Part shown: in pieces, positions 61,969-64,000 of the stretch | Position numbering within the stretch: position 1 is the first letter of the stretch | Layout: the number at the start of each line of letters is the position of its first letter | NCBI GenBank assembly: GCA_034780895.1 | Contig: JAUZTB010000001.1 | Span: 46,985,925-47,049,924, forward strand | Length of the DNA stretch: 64,000 nucleotides | Direction: 5' to 3' | DNA from: Rhynchobatus australiae | Lineage: Eukaryota | The notes under the pieces: model-generated | Database searches by the model: none | What the model was told of the DNA's origin: nothing | Seen by the model: the letters and a program-made list of their open reading frames with translations, nothing else | Position numbers and translations under genes: made by a program

Positions 61969-63378
61969 NNNNNNNNNNNNNNNNNNNNNNNNNNNNNNNN
62001 NNNNNNNNNNNNNNNNNNNNNNNNNNNNNNNNNNNNNNNNNNNNNNNNNNNNNNNNNNNNNNNNNNNNNNNNNNNNNNNNNNNNNNNNNNNNNNNNNNNN
62101 NNNNNNNNNNNNNNNNNNNNNNNNNNNNNNNNNNNNNNNNNNNNNNNNNNNNNNNNNNNNNNNNNNNNNNNNNNNNNNNNNNNNNNNNNNNNNNNNNNNN
62201 NNNNNNNNNNNNNNNNNNNNNNNNNNNNNNNNNNNNNNNNNNNNNNNNNNNNNNNNNNNNNNNNNNNNNNNNNNNNNNNNNNNNNNNNNNNNNNNNNNNN
62301 NNNNNNNNNNNNNNNNNNNNNNNNNNNNNNNNNNNNNNNNNNNNNNNNNNNNNNNNNNNNNNNNNNNNNNNNNNNNNNNNNNNNNNNNNNNNNNNNNNNN
62401 NNNNNNNNNNNNNNNNNNNNNNNNNNCTTTTCAAATGAAAATGCAGCCATTCTGTTTTACAGGACTGTTGCAGGTTCATCTAGTAATTGATGTGCATTTT
62501 TTGCACATAATTTTAATAATGGGAATACTATTAAATAATAGTACATTTATTTATTTCATTTATTTGTTATCAACTTCACATCACAGAAATGGATCACAAC
62601 CAGACATTCTGCACAGTTTTGCAAATTACTTTAGACTCACCACAATGTGATCATTTGATCATTATGACAATTATTATTGTATAAAATCATTTTGTTATGA
62701 AGTGATAAATGTGTGCTTTTGTCTGTTATTATTTCGAGCTTAAATTGATTCATTATATTTTATGAAGGAAGAAAATGTTTTACTGGGCTAAAATAACTTA
62801 CAAAGTTGTGATTGGAGGTCATAATTACTTCTTTTATTAACAAAGTTTGGGTTATTTGTCAAAAACAGTTGTTTAGTGCTCAAAACCTGACATGGTACCT
62901 AAAGTTAAAGTTATTTTTAGAAAAAAATAAGAATAAATGGCCTCTTTCATTTGTTGTAATAAACTTCTCACATATCAGCACTGAACAAGAATCAGCTCCA
63001 GAAACCATCTGGTTGAATTATCAATCCTCAAAATATTACTATTTGTGTTTTATACTGATATTGAATAACATGTCAACTATTGCAAAGAAATTATTGAAGA
63101 CTTGGTTATTGGCAACTAATTCTAAGCAAATTTTATTTGTTCTCCATTGTCAGCAAAACTTATAATTCAACCAACAGAATAATCCAAACATTTATTTCCC
63201 TACGGAATCTCCACCCCATCTAAAGATATGTTAGATCCTCGACTATGCAACTGATTTCACAGCAAAAATAATCCATGAATATATCAAATATAAAAAGGAA
63301 TAGATTAAATTAAACTGTTGCAAGTTAATTATTTCACACAAATATTTCAAGCATTTAAAACTACAAAAAGATACATAC

Positions 63379-63390
63379 CTTTTTCTGGAG
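63379..63390 (-). CDS. ttn: Probable 3' tip of a PEVK exon hidden in N gap
   Basis: CCA GAA AAA G|GTATGT next to the gap. Confidence 0.45.
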
Positions 63391-63649
63391 NNNNNNNNNN
63401 NNNNNNNNNNNNNNNNNNNNNNNNNNNNNNNNNNNNNNNNNNNNNNNNNNNNNNNNNNNNNNNNNNNNNNNNNNNNNNNNNNNNNNNNNNNNNNNNNNNN
63501 NNNNNNNNNNNNNNNNNNNNNNNNNNNNNNNNNNNNNNNNNNNNNNNNNNNNNNNNNNNNNNNNNNNNNNNNNNNNNNNNNNNNNNNNNNNNNNNNNNNN
63601 NNNNNNNNNNNNNNNNCATAGTACATGATTACTTTGCAAATAACAGGTT

Positions 63650-63905
63650 ACACAGGTCTAGAAACAGAAAAAGATGGGAATACTTAGCAGGTCAGGCAGC
63701 ATCTGTGAATAGAGAAAGTGTGGAGCTTTCAGGTTAATGAACTTTCATCAAAACTAATTAAATGAAATTTCACCAATTCTAATGCAAGTTCATCAACCTG
63801 AAATATCAGCACTTTTTCTCTCTACAAATGCTGTCAGGCTTACTGAGGTTTTGTAGTATTTTCTGGTTTAATTTCAGATTCCAAGTATCAGTAGTTTTTT
63901 GCTTT
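63650..63905. mobile_element. Inverted pair of Penelope-derived repeats
   Basis: Minus copy at about 63650-63755 and plus copy at about 63780-63905 of the same family. Confidence 0.65.
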
Positions 63906-64000
63906 TCAATTACTGCTATTATTTTGTTTAATGGCTGCAACTTTTGGTAGGGGCCCTAACAACAGTATGGCAAGACGCTTTAGAGGCAACTTGTGAATGG

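Noticed and set aside
29067-63737. Long ORFs made mostly of X (for example 33826-34767, 47291-47800, 61871-62650)
   Set aside because: They are open only because of N runs

Overview
The window is an internal ~63 kb slice of a vertebrate titin gene (ttn) on the minus strand. The intronic repeats suggest a cartilaginous fish (inference). In transcript order (high to low coordinates) it holds the distal PEVK exons, the 22 distal tandem Ig domains (I84-I105, including I91/'I27'), the I/A junction (I106-I118), and A-band D-zone super-repeats (Ig-Fn-Fn-Ig-Fn-Fn-Fn) from A1 to the start of A24. About 80 exons were delimited from splice sites, phase and domain length. Domain numbers are inferred from order and recalled human titin. 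Introns carry CR1, Rex1/Babar, Vingi-like and Penelope-like fragments and a solo LTR. The assembly has many N gaps, several with duplicated flanks, so small anomalies may be artefacts. Main leads: (1) a ~2.0 kb symmetric PEVK-like exon with 53-aa repeats and a Trp-acidic tail; (2) a candidate Cronos-type internal first exon in the I96 intron; (3) a 38-bp frameshifting insertion in the I112 exon; (4) Penelope-derived repeats with hammerhead-ribozyme cores; (5) a circularly permuted CR1 fragment; (6) two GC-AG introns; (7) UCUU clusters near PEVK exons. No rRNA, tRNA or CRISPR features were seen.
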